Of a DNA stretch of 31,627 bases, positions 1-9,526 are shown in pieces. The notes under the pieces were generated by a model that did not search any database, had not been told where the DNA came from, and saw only the letters and a program-made list of their open reading frames with translations. Every line of letters starts with the position of its first letter. Position 1 is the stretch's first letter. The DNA is from a virus (taxonomy: Duplodnaviria; Heunggongvirae; Uroviricota; Caudoviricetes): the IMG/VR virus record IMGVR_UViG_3300032315_001694, one strand, 5' to 3'. Position numbers and translations under genes: made by a program.

Positions 1-3000
1 AGTTCCACCATAATTACTACTATCAACTGAATTAGTTAATGAGACTACCCACCCACCAAGACCATCTGGATAATAAGAACTGAATGTTATTCCAGTTCCA
101 CCCTCAGGGTTGAATTCATTAGATCCTAAATAATAAGAACCACCAGATACATCTAATTGAAATGGTGTAACATTTTCAGTCACAATCGTTCCAGATGAAT
201 ATATCGGTCCAAATCCTTTTCTGAATAACTCAGACGTTTTATTTGGCCAGTGTTCAGCATTCAATGGTGATCTTTCAATAAATTCGACACCATCATTATT
301 AGTTCTAACTCTACCGATTAGAATATTCTCTGCAGTTATTGGCAGTGTAGAACTATATGATAAAATACCAGAAACCGTCCAATAAATATAGTTTGTCTCA
401 TTTGGTGGCAATTGTAGATATGTTTGATTCCATGAAATTTTATGCAATTCACCTGTATCACTAAGTGTATCTATATGTGAGTATCCAAATCCCTCTGCAA
501 TGCTTATAGTTAATCCCATCTCATCTGAAATTAACCCACCTCTTATAACACCCATCGTTGATGATTGTGAAATAAGAGTAGAAACATCTGTCCTAAGAGT
601 TGGTGTATATTGTATATTTAATTTATTTGATATTGTAAAATCAGCAACATCAGGATCTAAATAAACAATACCCATACTATCAGATTCATTTATTACTGAA
701 GCTCCCTGGAAAGCACCCATTAAATTACCTATTGTATCAGGATGTTCTATTTGAATATTATTTGTAGTACCTTGACAAGATATACCAACACCAATAACAC
801 TTGGAGCAGATCCAACAAATGGAACATATATACCGGTTTCCCAAGATGTGAAATTAACCGCATTTAATCTACATCTTGCACCATCTTCAATTTGTAAGAA
901 AACTGAAGATGTTCCTATCTGTGTAGCATTTGCTTGAACAGAATTCATTACAATTTCAGAATTTGGACCTGAAGCTTTTGCAAAATGAATACCTGGTTGA
1001 GTTGGTAACATTCCTTGAGAATAACAATGTAAAATTAATATTCTACCAGGATTTGTTGGATTTCCACTACTATATGCTGTAAATCCATTATAAAATATAA
1101 AGTCATCACCATAACGACAATCTACCACTTGAACTGTACTTCTACCAGTATCACCATAACAAATTACGTGAGTATCATTTTCACCAAGTATGATATCTTT
1201 AATAACAAAAGCTGTTTGAGATGTACCAGCAGATGATGAGTGATAAAACGCAGCATAACCTGGTCCAGCACCAGTTACTAAACAAGATATAACCGTAGAA
1301 AAATCTGAACCTTCAAAAATATGTTGAGTTGCTGTTTTTGGTAAAATTCTTGTTGTTCTATCCTGACCTTTAACATTAATATAAGGTTTCATTACAATAG
1401 TATCTTCGTAATAATCACCAGCACCAATTGAAACCGTATATCTATTTGAGTCACTTGCATCAGTAATAGAATCAACAGCCTCTTTAATAGAAGTAAAATC
1501 ACCACCTTTAGTAGATACTGTTATAATTTTTGGATCTTTTCCAGTAATATAAAATGGAGCCGAAGCAGGAATATTTTCTTTTTCATATAAAATAGAACCA
1601 GTTAAAACACCGACTGTATCAAGATGCTCAATATCTAAATCTAAATCAACTGAACCGGTAAGTTGTGAACCATCAACAATAAGAGTTGAAAAAGTTCCAA
1701 CATCTCCAACTTTAACAGCAGTTCCCCAATTTTTAAAATAAGATCCTAATATATCAACTCTGGCACCATCTTCTAAATAAACACCAATACCTGTAGCTCC
1801 TCCAATATTTCCAGAGGTTAAAATATTACATTCAACACCAACACCACTTACAAATGTTCCAATTGCAGGAACTCCATCATTAGGATAATTATAATAGTTT
1901 TCTAAGTTTACAAAACAACTAAAACCATTCTCAGCTATAAGCTTAACACCATAACTATAAGTTCCATTAAAATCAATATACTCACCATAAAATTGAGTAG
2001 GTTCGGAGTTAGAAGTCACCTCTATACCAGTTTCGACATCTTGGAAACTAACTTTGTGCAATTGTGAAAAATCACCGGTATCGTAACATCTAATACCCAC
2101 AATACCAGGAATTTCAGACTGTAAAGTAAAATATGATAATTCACTATTCTGACCAAGACCAACCATATGAGGAGAACTTCCATCAGACTGAATAACAACA
2201 GCTTCAATAGCAACTCCAACAATCGAAACGTAAGGTTTACTGGTTAAATCAATAAGCGGTTCTATATAAACACCTGATTGAACTTTAACTACATACCTTT
2301 TTGTCTCACTCATGTCAACAATACTATCAACACATTCAGCAATCGAAGAATAATCTCCACCTTTTTTAGAAACTGTTAAAACATTCTCATCCTGACCATA
2401 AATAAAGAAAGGAGCAGATTCTGGAATTAATGATTTAACTCTATCAACAACTCCAAAAAATTGCCCAATCGTATCAGGATGCTGAATCAATAAGTCGTAA
2501 TTAAGTGTATTTTGAATAATAACACCATCTAATAACATCTTAGGAGCAACTCCAACATTATTTGTTCTTATTGCAACATCAAATCCATTAATATAAACAC
2601 TTAAAAACTCAACTACCGCACCATCTTCAACTACTAAACAAGTAGTTCCAGAAACAGGATTTTCAATTTTTATAACAGTATCAATTAAAGTAATAAGTGA
2701 TCTCGTTCCGGCTACATAAATAAAATTATCCAATGGAGTAGAATTACTAACATCTCTATAAATACAAGTCGTCATAAAAACTTCTGATGTAAATCCACCA
2801 GAAGATGTAATTATAACACCATTAATAAATGAACCAATAAAATTACATCTATCAATATATGTTAAAGCATCTGAGGCTGTTCCTTCTGATATGAATTGAG
2901 TTTCATTATCTCCAAAATTACAATCTCTAACTAAAAATCCACCAGCATCACTAGCATTATAAACAGCAACACCACCAGAACCAGTAGCACCCTCTAAAGT

Positions 3001-3753
3001 CAATTTAGTAATAGAAGAAAAACCAGCACCTATAAAAATATTGTTGGTACTTACTGTCGGCATAATAGTAACACTACTTGTAGATTCACCTACAACCGTA
3101 ATATATTCCTTCATTGTAATAGTATCTTCAACATATATACCAGGACCTACTTTCACAACATGTGGATTATCTTTATCTGAATCCATAATAGAATCAACAG
3201 CATCTTTAATAGACGAAAACTCACCAGGACCAGGTGTTTTTTTAACAATAACAACATTATCTGTTAATAACTGACTCTCTATTTGGTCTATAGCATCTTG
3301 AACATTAAGAGCAGTTAAATTACCACTTGGTGTGTAAAATATATTTGAAGCTGATGCCGAAATACTATTAATTTGATTTTCAACTTGGTCCAAAGCTTCT
3401 TGAACATTAGAAGCAGTTAAACTTCCAGTTGGATCATAAGAAACATTAGAGGCAATTGAGTTATTATTTACCCAGTTTTCAATTGCTTTATCAATTACAA
3501 GTGGAGTTTTATTTCTTAAAATATCTAAAGCACTTTGTAACTTTACAAGGGCTTGTTTAGCTTCATTAGTCGTTGAAAAATCTAGAACAATAGATTCCGA
3601 ATTTTGAGTTATTCTCAATAAATTATTAGAAACGAATGTATTCCTAACAGTAAATGGATTAATTGTCCACATAATTTTTGAATTAACATCCATTATTTGA
3701 ATGTTTACATCTGTATTTGACAGTGGTTTTAAAAATGTTCCTATACTATACAT
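1..3753 (-). CDS. Large tail fibre/tailspike-like protein with three tandem pectinesterase/pectate-lyase-like beta-helix modules (3' end runs off the window, >1251 aa)
   Basis: Manual translation from ATG at 3753 (MYSIGTFLKPLSNTD...) showed no stop down to position 1; absent from the ORF track. Three copies of a beta-helix N-cap motif: TPGPGEFSSIKDAVDSI..VKVGPGIYVE, SKKGGDYSSIAECVDSI..VKVQSGVYIE, STKGGDFTSIKEAVDSI..VSIGAGDYYE. Function inferred from motif resemblance. Confidence 0.8.
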   Translation of the reverse strand, partial: MYSIGTFLKPLSNTDVNIQIMDVNSKIMWTINPFTVRNTFVSNNLLRITQNSESIVLDFSTTNEAKQALVKLQSALDILRNKTPLVIDKAIENWVNNNSIASNVSYDPTGSLTASNVQEALDQVENQINSISASASNIFYTPSGNLTALNVQDAIDQIESQLLTDNVVIVKKTPGPGEFSSIKDAVDSIMDSDKDNPHVVKVGPGIYVEDTITMKEYITVVGESTSSVTIMPTVSTNNIFIGAGFSSITKLTLEGATGSGGVAVYNASDAGGFLVRDCNFGDNETQFISEGTASDALTYIDRCNFIGSFINGVIITSSGGFTSEVFMTTCIYRDVSNSTPLDNFIYVAGTRSLITLIDTVIKIENPVSGTTCLVVEDGAVVEFLSVYINGFDVAIRTNNVGVAPKMLLDGVIIQNTLNYDLLIQHPDTIGQFFGVVDRVKSLIPESAPFFIYGQDENVLTVSKKGGDYSSIAECVDSIVDMSETKRYVVKVQSGVYIEPLIDLTSKPYVSIVGVAIEAVVIQSDGSSPHMVGLGQNSELSYFTLQSEIPGIVGIRCYDTGDFSQLHKVSFQDVETGIEVTSNSEPTQFYGEYIDFNGTYSYGVKLIAENGFSCFVNLENYYNYPNDGVPAIGTFVSGVGVECNILTSGNIGGATGIGVYLEDGARVDILGSYFKNWGTAVKVGDVGTFSTLIVDGSQLTGSVDLDLDIEHLDTVGVLTGSILYEKENIPASAPFYITGKDPKIITVSTKGGDFTSIKEAVDSITDASDSNRYTVSIGAGDYYEDTIVMKPYINVKGQDRTTRILPKTATQHIFEGSDFSTVISCLVTGAGPGYAAFYHSSSAGTSQTAFVIKDIILGENDTHVICYGDTGRSTVQVVDCRYGDDFIFYNGFTAYSSGNPTNPGRILILHCYSQGMLPTQPGIHFAKASGPNSEIVMNSVQANATQIGTSSVFLQIEDGARCRLNAVNFTSWETGIYVPFVGSAPSVIGVGISCQGTTNNIQIEHPDTIGNLMGAFQGASVINESDSMGIVYLDPDVADFTISNKLNIQYTPTLRTDVSTLISQSSTMGVIRGGLISDEMGLTISIAEGFGYSHIDTLSDTGELHKISWNQTYLQLPPNETNYIYWTVSGILSYSSTLPITAENILIGRVRTNNDGVEFIERSPLNAEHWPNKTSELFRKGFGPIYSSGTIVTENVTPFQLDVSGGSYYLGSNEFNPEGGTGITFSSYYPDGLGGWVVSLTNSVDSSNYGGT
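700..3256 (-). repeat. Three ~290-aa internal protein repeats (approx. 3256-2384, 2383-1528, 1527-700)
   Basis: Each unit starts with the G(E/D)(F/Y)(S/T)SI..AVDSI-like cap and ends with I(Q/E)H(P/L)DT(I/V)G; units 1 and 2 continue IP(E/A)SAPF(F/Y)I. Boundaries approximate. Confidence 0.75.
3283..3453 (-). repeat. Tandem pair of fibre-type repeats ASNVSYDPTGSLTASNVQEALDQV / ASNIFYTPSGNLTALNVQDAIDQI
   Basis: Direct translation; this repeat type is commonly seen in phage fibre/structural proteins. Confidence 0.65.
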
Positions 3754-3769
3754 CGATTCTTATTTATTT

Positions 3770-4885
3770 TTAAATTATATTTAATGTCATATTAACACCA
3801 ATTAAATTATTCAAAGCTAAATCTGATAAATTAAACGTCATTGAATATGATCCCGCCATGGTAATATTCGATACTATTCCTGTTGTTCCTGATATAATCA
3901 TATTTGATTGTTCTAAAGTAATTGAACCATCTCTGTTATCATTAACATTACTAATCAATAAAGTCGATAAATTTGTGAAACTTAAAGTTCCATATGTTGA
4001 CAGAGAAATTGTTGTTGAGAAAGTAAATCCATCACTCGTTGAGAATGAAGAACCAGTTGCACCATTAAATGATATGTAATTATTTGAGGGATTATCACCT
4101 ACGAACTCATAGAAATAAACAACTGGTGATTCGGTATCTGCCGTTGTTGGGTAAGATACATTTGAATTACTCAAAACATAACTTAAGCCTGAATGAGCCT
4201 GTGCCGCATTAAATTCATCAGTAAATACAAATAAAACAGTTCCCAACGCTGAATCATCAAGTGTTACAATGTTTGAAACTCTAGAAACACTTTGAATATT
4301 TGCCAGTTGAAGATAAATAAGAGGATTGCCCGATGTATCTTCAACCACGATAGATTCACCAACCACATAAGATGTGATATCAGTCCAAGAAAGACCAGTG
4401 AATGTTGTAGCACTTTGGTTAGTAGTATCAGGAAAGAAATTGTAAGTATCATCAATAGATGCTACCATAACATCCAAGATAACAGGATATTTAGTGCTTG
4501 GATTAGTTAAGTAAAGTTGTTTGATTCTATTAGTAGAATTACCAGTTAAAATCATAATTCTATTTAGTGGAAATTGTGATGAGAAATTATCATAATAATT
4601 CCAAAGAATATAATTATCTTCTTCATTAACTGATGCTGTGTTATAAGTTGCCTTAATTACTAAAAAAGTAGCATTATCACCTATTCCTAAGTGATTTAAT
4701 AAGTAATTAACTTGACCAGTTTTTAGAATGATTCTACTTTTAAGTAGTTGTTTATAAGGTATTCTAATATCACCACCAATCAATCTTTCGACTGTGTTGA
4801 CACCTTCGATAGCGACTATATCACTACCTTGAAATTTGATATATTGACTTTGATTACCAAATACGCTGGAATTACCACAAGACAT
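3770..4885 (-). CDS. Hypothetical protein, probably virion structural (371 aa)
   Basis: Long ORF, S/T/N/G-rich, co-oriented between large structural-type genes. Confidence 0.75.
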   Translation of the reverse strand: MSCGNSSVFGNQSQYIKFQGSDIVAIEGVNTVERLIGGDIRIPYKQLLKSRIILKTGQVNYLLNHLGIGDNATFLVIKATYNTASVNEEDNYILWNYYDNFSSQFPLNRIMILTGNSTNRIKQLYLTNPSTKYPVILDVMVASIDDTYNFFPDTTNQSATTFTGLSWTDITSYVVGESIVVEDTSGNPLIYLQLANIQSVSRVSNIVTLDDSALGTVLFVFTDEFNAAQAHSGLSYVLSNSNVSYPTTADTESPVVYFYEFVGDNPSNNYISFNGATGSSFSTSDGFTFSTTISLSTYGTLSFTNLSTLLISNVNDNRDGSITLEQSNMIISGTTGIVSNITMAGSYSMTFNLSDLALNNLIGVNMTLNII

Positions 4886-5774
4886 AATTTTTGTTTAATT
4901 TTTTATTTAATTTATCATAAATATTCTCATCATATTTAATAATAATTAATTCAATATTATTATTTAAACAATATTCTCTTTTAATATTATCTCTATTTTT
5001 GATATTATTAAATGTTTCAACACCACCAAAATAATCTACTGGATAATAATGTTGATATCCATTATACTCTATCACTATATTTAATTCCGGAAGAAAGAAG
5101 TCAAATATTAGATCCGATTTGTATTTACAACCATCAAATTTTTTTTGATGTATAAAATCTATTTTATTATTTTTCAATATTGATATTATTTGTAATTCAT
5201 CCTTAGAAGATTTACATTTCGGACATCCTTTCCCAGTCAAATGGGAGTTTGGTGTTTGCATGAACTCTCCATGATTAGAACAAACTATCTTAACCTTCGT
5301 ATTATTATTTTTGTATATAGAAAGTGAATAGCTATATTTTCCATCATGTACAATATTTGATTTTTTAATAAAATCATTACAATTAATTAATACACCACCT
5401 TTACATTTTGGACATCCTTGGTTTTTCAAGTGATTATTAGGAGTTTGTAAAAATTCTCCATGAATGTTACAAATAATAGAAACTTTATTGTGTTTATTTA
5501 TGTAATTTACTTTTGAGTAATCATAAATATTACCATGAATTTTCACTGATTCATTAATAAATGATTGTGTGGATAGTTTATCTGTACCACCACACTTAGG
5601 ACATCCATTTCCGCTCAAGTGATTATTTGGTTTTTGTAGAAAATCCCCATGTAATTTACAGGTGATAGATACTTTATCAATCGATCTTAAATAAATACAA
5701 TTGTCATATTCATACCTTTCACCATGAATAATATTTGATTTATTAATAAACTCTTCTGTTGTTAATTTTTTCAA
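4872..5774 (-). CDS. Free-standing putative homing endonuclease: three C-x2/3-HG-x-F-x-Q-x-P-x2-HL-x2/3-GCPKC Zn repeats plus C-terminal PD-(D/E)xK/Vsr-like nuclease
   Basis: Repeats CKLHGDFLQKPNNHLSGNGCPKC, CNIHGEFLQTPNNHLKNQGCPKC, CSNHGEFMQTPNSHLTGKGCPKC; nuclease motif FDFFLPELNIVIEYNGYQHY; TTG start; 3' end overlaps the next gene by 14 nt. Confidence 0.8.
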   Translation of the reverse strand: MKKLTTEEFINKSNIIHGERYEYDNCIYLRSIDKVSITCKLHGDFLQKPNNHLSGNGCPKCGGTDKLSTQSFINESVKIHGNIYDYSKVNYINKHNKVSIICNIHGEFLQTPNNHLKNQGCPKCKGGVLINCNDFIKKSNIVHDGKYSYSLSIYKNNNTKVKIVCSNHGEFMQTPNSHLTGKGCPKCKSSKDELQIISILKNNKIDFIHQKKFDGCKYKSDLIFDFFLPELNIVIEYNGYQHYYPVDYFGGVETFNNIKNRDNIKREYCLNNNIELIIIKYDENIYDKLNKKLNKNYVLW

Positions 5775-5796
5775 AATTTTAAAATTAGATTTAGAT

Positions 5797-5806
5797 TATA
5801 TATTAA
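5797..5806 (-). promoter_or_regulatory. TTAATATATA motif (putative phage late promoter)
   Basis: Recurrent motif upstream of many starts in this window; here in the loop region of an 8-bp inverted repeat (5790-5813). Confidence 0.55.
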
Positions 5807-5817
5807 ATCTAAAATTC

Positions 5818-8523
5818 TTAATATTTCAAATCTCTAACATCTACAAGATATTTCTGTCCAATTGTAATCTCATCATCTGGGGAAATTCTAGTTATAACAA
5901 TCATATAACCCTTATTCAAATCTAATTCAGGACTATTTGCTAAAATACTAGTCGATGAAGATGGATTATGAATAACTACTGGATAAGTATTAGAAGCATA
6001 AGCTACAAAATCAACATTTTTATTAACATCCAATGATACAGTTGCGCCAATAACACTATAAACTTTATACTGACCAGAAAAATCAAATGTAGAAACAGTT
6101 CCAACAAAAAGATTTTTCATAACTAAAGTATCACCAACCTTAACAGAATTATTTACAACTAAATCATTTGAATCTAATTTAAATTGTAGATAATTACCAG
6201 AAGTTAAATTAATTGAACTGTTTAAATCAATTGGAAAATTAAATCCCCTCCAAGTTGAAGCTGAGTTTGGTTGTGATGTTGATGAATTAAATAATATCGG
6301 TAAATCGATATCACCAACCAATAAAGTTTCTACCGCTGGTGTACTAACTGTTTCAGATGCTGTTGAAGTAACAATCGGATTTATAGTGGTAATATAAATA
6401 TCCAATTTTTTATTTTGTGTTGATAATGAATTTCCAGTTATTAACACTGACATATTTTGCTTATAATCTAAATCCTTAGTAATTAAAAGCTTCAATTTAT
6501 CACTATTCGGTAATGTAACATCAACCTCATCATTATTCTCAATATGAACCAAGAAGTCTTTATTTGTCGGTGGTGTTATATTAATTGGAATACTACCACT
6601 TAAATTATACATATCAGTTGTTAAAAACTTATCAATACTATAATATTTAGTATCGATATTATTATAACGAATAGATGACGGTGATGTATTCAAAATCTCA
6701 ACTGAAATTGTATCACTCGAAACCACCTGTTGAGTAGAATAACTTTGTAATAAAGATTCTAAATTAGCTATCTTGGAATTTATAAGATTAATATCAGTTT
6801 GTGAATAAAGTAATTGTTTTAAACCTAACAACTCAGTTTGTAAATCAGTTTGTTGAGATAAGATATTTGTAAAACTCTCATTCAATGAAGATAATCTTCT
6901 CATCGCCTCATTGAATAAATTCATACTAAATAATGAGTTAATCGCCTCTGGATTATAAGCCTCTTGTGGATTATCATGAATAATATTGAAATTCAAATTC
7001 AAACCAAAAGCATATGATGTGCCATCCTGAGAACCATTAGTAACCAACTTTTTATAAACTGGAAATCTAATTCCAATCTCATCAGTTTTTGGATTATTAT
7101 CTGGATTATCTAAGAAAGAAATACCATATAAATTAGTTCTTCTGTTACCATTCAAATCCTCTACGGTATAATACCAAAGTATCGCATTAAATTCAAAATC
7201 AGTTGGAGGTGTGTTATTGACCTCAAGAGCATTAAACTCATCAAATGTAACCACCTCTCTATTTTGAATATTCATTTTAGCATAGTGTGTAGTATTGAAA
7301 TCCACTATAACACCATCAATAGTTGAACCATTAACAACCGGAGCATTAATATCACCACTAACACCATAATACTTACCACTTCTTCTTAATGAATCACCAT
7401 CCTGTGCCTCATATGTAAAATCAATACTATCAAATTGACCATAGTATCCACCCGGATATTCAGTAGGATTGCTAACAATTGGTGATGAGAATAACTCAGC
7501 ACCTATAATCTCAGGTTGATATTGAGCCGGAATAATCGGGAAAATCATACCTGGTTTGTAATTTATATCAGATATTGTTCTAAATAAAATATCTGGAGTT
7601 TGTCCAGTGTGATCTGGAATATGTGCATAAACTTCAGTATAAGCACGATTAGCCTCCTGAACATTTGATACACCATTCACTTCACCGATATACTGAACCA
7701 ATTTATGATATTGTATCCTTACTTTACCAGTATTAACGTTTGGACTTGAACTGATTAATGTAGACCAATCACAAATAATTTGTTGACCAGTTATAGATGT
7801 TGTTACATCTAAAACGGTAAATGACACAGTTGACCAAGTTGCGGAACCAAAAATATCATTTGGCAATGAACCAGCCAAACTAAAATCAACTAAATCAATA
7901 ATATCTCCAGTTCTAACATTAGTAGTTGTGTTAGTTTGTAATTCCAGATAACCTGAAAAGTTTGGATTACTTGTCAAATAATAATCAACTATATCCCAAT
8001 CTTGTATTTCTCTTTCTTTCCAAAGGTATTCAGGAAAATATGAATCATCAGTTTGATTAACCCTTGCAAACTCAGATAAATTATCAAAATATTCATCAGA
8101 TGGAACAGCCGGATCGAAGTCAATTAGATTCAACTTTTTACACCATTTCCAGAATATCTTTTCACTTGTAGTTTCTAAAGCTCTTGTATCATAATAATAC
8201 TCGGTGTTGTTCAATCTTGATTCTCTAAGAACTATCTCATGATTAGCTACATAATTTCTTAAAGATTCAACTACACGCTCACTATAACTTGGAGCTAAAG
8301 TGACAGCAATAGAAGAAAAAGTAGCAAAATCAAATGTAGTTTTAGATGATTGTGTTCCGCCTAAATTTACGCTTTCCTTTGGTAGGTTGAGTAAAACATA
8401 CTTTGAAAAGTACATTTTATAATTCTCACTTTGATAGGCAGCACTTATATCCTCAGCGGCGCCCGGAAAAGCATAAAAAGATGTACCATTTTGTTTTAAG
8501 TATTTATATAAGGGACACTGCAT
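5818..8523 (-). CDS. Hypothetical protein, probably virion structural (901 aa)
   Basis: Long ORF in the structural block, preceded by the variant motif TTTATATATA (8543-8552); central heptad-like segment (SLNESFTNILSQQTDLQTELLGLKQ). Confidence 0.75.
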   Translation of the reverse strand: MQCPLYKYLKQNGTSFYAFPGAAEDISAAYQSENYKMYFSKYVLLNLPKESVNLGGTQSSKTTFDFATFSSIAVTLAPSYSERVVESLRNYVANHEIVLRESRLNNTEYYYDTRALETTSEKIFWKWCKKLNLIDFDPAVPSDEYFDNLSEFARVNQTDDSYFPEYLWKEREIQDWDIVDYYLTSNPNFSGYLELQTNTTTNVRTGDIIDLVDFSLAGSLPNDIFGSATWSTVSFTVLDVTTSITGQQIICDWSTLISSSPNVNTGKVRIQYHKLVQYIGEVNGVSNVQEANRAYTEVYAHIPDHTGQTPDILFRTISDINYKPGMIFPIIPAQYQPEIIGAELFSSPIVSNPTEYPGGYYGQFDSIDFTYEAQDGDSLRRSGKYYGVSGDINAPVVNGSTIDGVIVDFNTTHYAKMNIQNREVVTFDEFNALEVNNTPPTDFEFNAILWYYTVEDLNGNRRTNLYGISFLDNPDNNPKTDEIGIRFPVYKKLVTNGSQDGTSYAFGLNLNFNIIHDNPQEAYNPEAINSLFSMNLFNEAMRRLSSLNESFTNILSQQTDLQTELLGLKQLLYSQTDINLINSKIANLESLLQSYSTQQVVSSDTISVEILNTSPSSIRYNNIDTKYYSIDKFLTTDMYNLSGSIPINITPPTNKDFLVHIENNDEVDVTLPNSDKLKLLITKDLDYKQNMSVLITGNSLSTQNKKLDIYITTINPIVTSTASETVSTPAVETLLVGDIDLPILFNSSTSQPNSASTWRGFNFPIDLNSSINLTSGNYLQFKLDSNDLVVNNSVKVGDTLVMKNLFVGTVSTFDFSGQYKVYSVIGATVSLDVNKNVDFVAYASNTYPVVIHNPSSSTSILANSPELDLNKGYMIVITRISPDDEITIGQKYLVDVRDLKY

Positions 8524-8668
8524 AGTTTAATATTAATTTTATTATATATAAAAAATTGAAGACACCTATGATAAAAAACAACGAATCGAAAGTAGAAATT
8601 ACAAGCAGAAATTGACGAAAATATTTTTATGGAGAAACTTCATTCTAATAATTAATATAATATTTATT

Positions 8669-9103
8669 ATGCTAGGACACATCTTCTATTTTATTGGACT
8701 TTTCTTATTCTTCTTAAATTTATCAAAAATTACTTCCTATTTCAAATTTATCAATACTAAAGAATGGACAATCAAATTCAAAAAGGTAACCGGAAAAGAT
8801 CCTCTTAAATCAGATTTTAGAGACGAGAAAGAACATAAACTTTTCGTTTATTTTGGTTGTCTCTCTGTTATTGAAACAATTTGGTTAATTTGTGGATTAT
8901 TAAGTAGTAGTTGGCAAATATTTGGAATCACTATCCTACTTGGTGTGATTATAAAACAAATCTTCGATAAATCACCATTTTCAGTTCAAAAGATTATAGG
9001 ATTTGTTTTTAATGTTTTTAGATCAGGTGTAATTATATTACTTGTCCTAAATCACTTTCATTTTCATCAAAACTTAACTAAGTGGATTTTCATCTGGATT
9101 TGA
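8669..9103 (+). CDS. Multi-pass membrane protein (144 aa; start re-assigned to ATG 8669, MLGHIFYF)
   Basis: About four hydrophobic segments; the track's TTG extension is low-complexity AT sequence. Confidence 0.65.
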   Translation: MLGHIFYFIGLFLFFLNLSKITSYFKFINTKEWTIKFKKVTGKDPLKSDFRDEKEHKLFVYFGCLSVIETIWLICGLLSSSWQIFGITILLGVIIKQIFDKSPFSVQKIIGFVFNVFRSGVIILLVLNHFHFHQNLTKWIFIWI

Positions 9104-9135
9104 AGACTAAAATATCTCTGGATTCACATTAAATA

Positions 9136-9498
9136 TTACTTTGTTTCTCCTAACATCTTTACAAACTCTTCGATAGCCTTTTGAGTACCTTTTATTATAA
9201 AATCATAAAGTCCAAAAACATTCATGGATTCAGGAGTTTCTCCGTAGAATTTAATTGAATTTAACACCTCATCAATCTGATTTCTATATTTTAAATAAAA
9301 ATCATAAATATCAGAATCATTAATTAATCCTTCTATCTTAACATCATCAGGATTCTTAATGAAAGATTCGACAAAAGATTTGAATTCACCACCTGATTTT
9401 TCAATAGTACCTTCAATCATTTTTTTCACCTCATCTGTTACTTCTGTGTATTTAGAAGGATCATCAGATTCTTTTATAAGTGTTGTAAATTTTCTCAT
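9136..9498 (-). CDS. Hypothetical protein (120 aa; start re-assigned to ATG 9498, MRKFTTLIKES), candidate internal head protein
   Basis: ATG lies 4 nt after TGAATATATA; this start removes the overlap with the 2044-aa gene; N-terminus resembles a capsid-targeting sequence. Confidence 0.65.
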   Translation of the reverse strand: MRKFTTLIKESDDPSKYTEVTDEVKKMIEGTIEKSGGEFKSFVESFIKNPDDVKIEGLINDSDIYDFYLKYRNQIDEVLNSIKFYGETPESMNVFGLYDFIIKGTQKAIEEFVKMLGETK

Positions 9499-9526
9499 AT
9501 TGTATATATTCAATTTAAAAACAATT

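Noticed and set aside
2022-4510. Track ORFs 2022-2222, 3041-3274, 3858-4079, 4264-4455, 4292-4510
   Set aside because: Shadow or alternate-frame ORFs fully inside longer genes; no motifs
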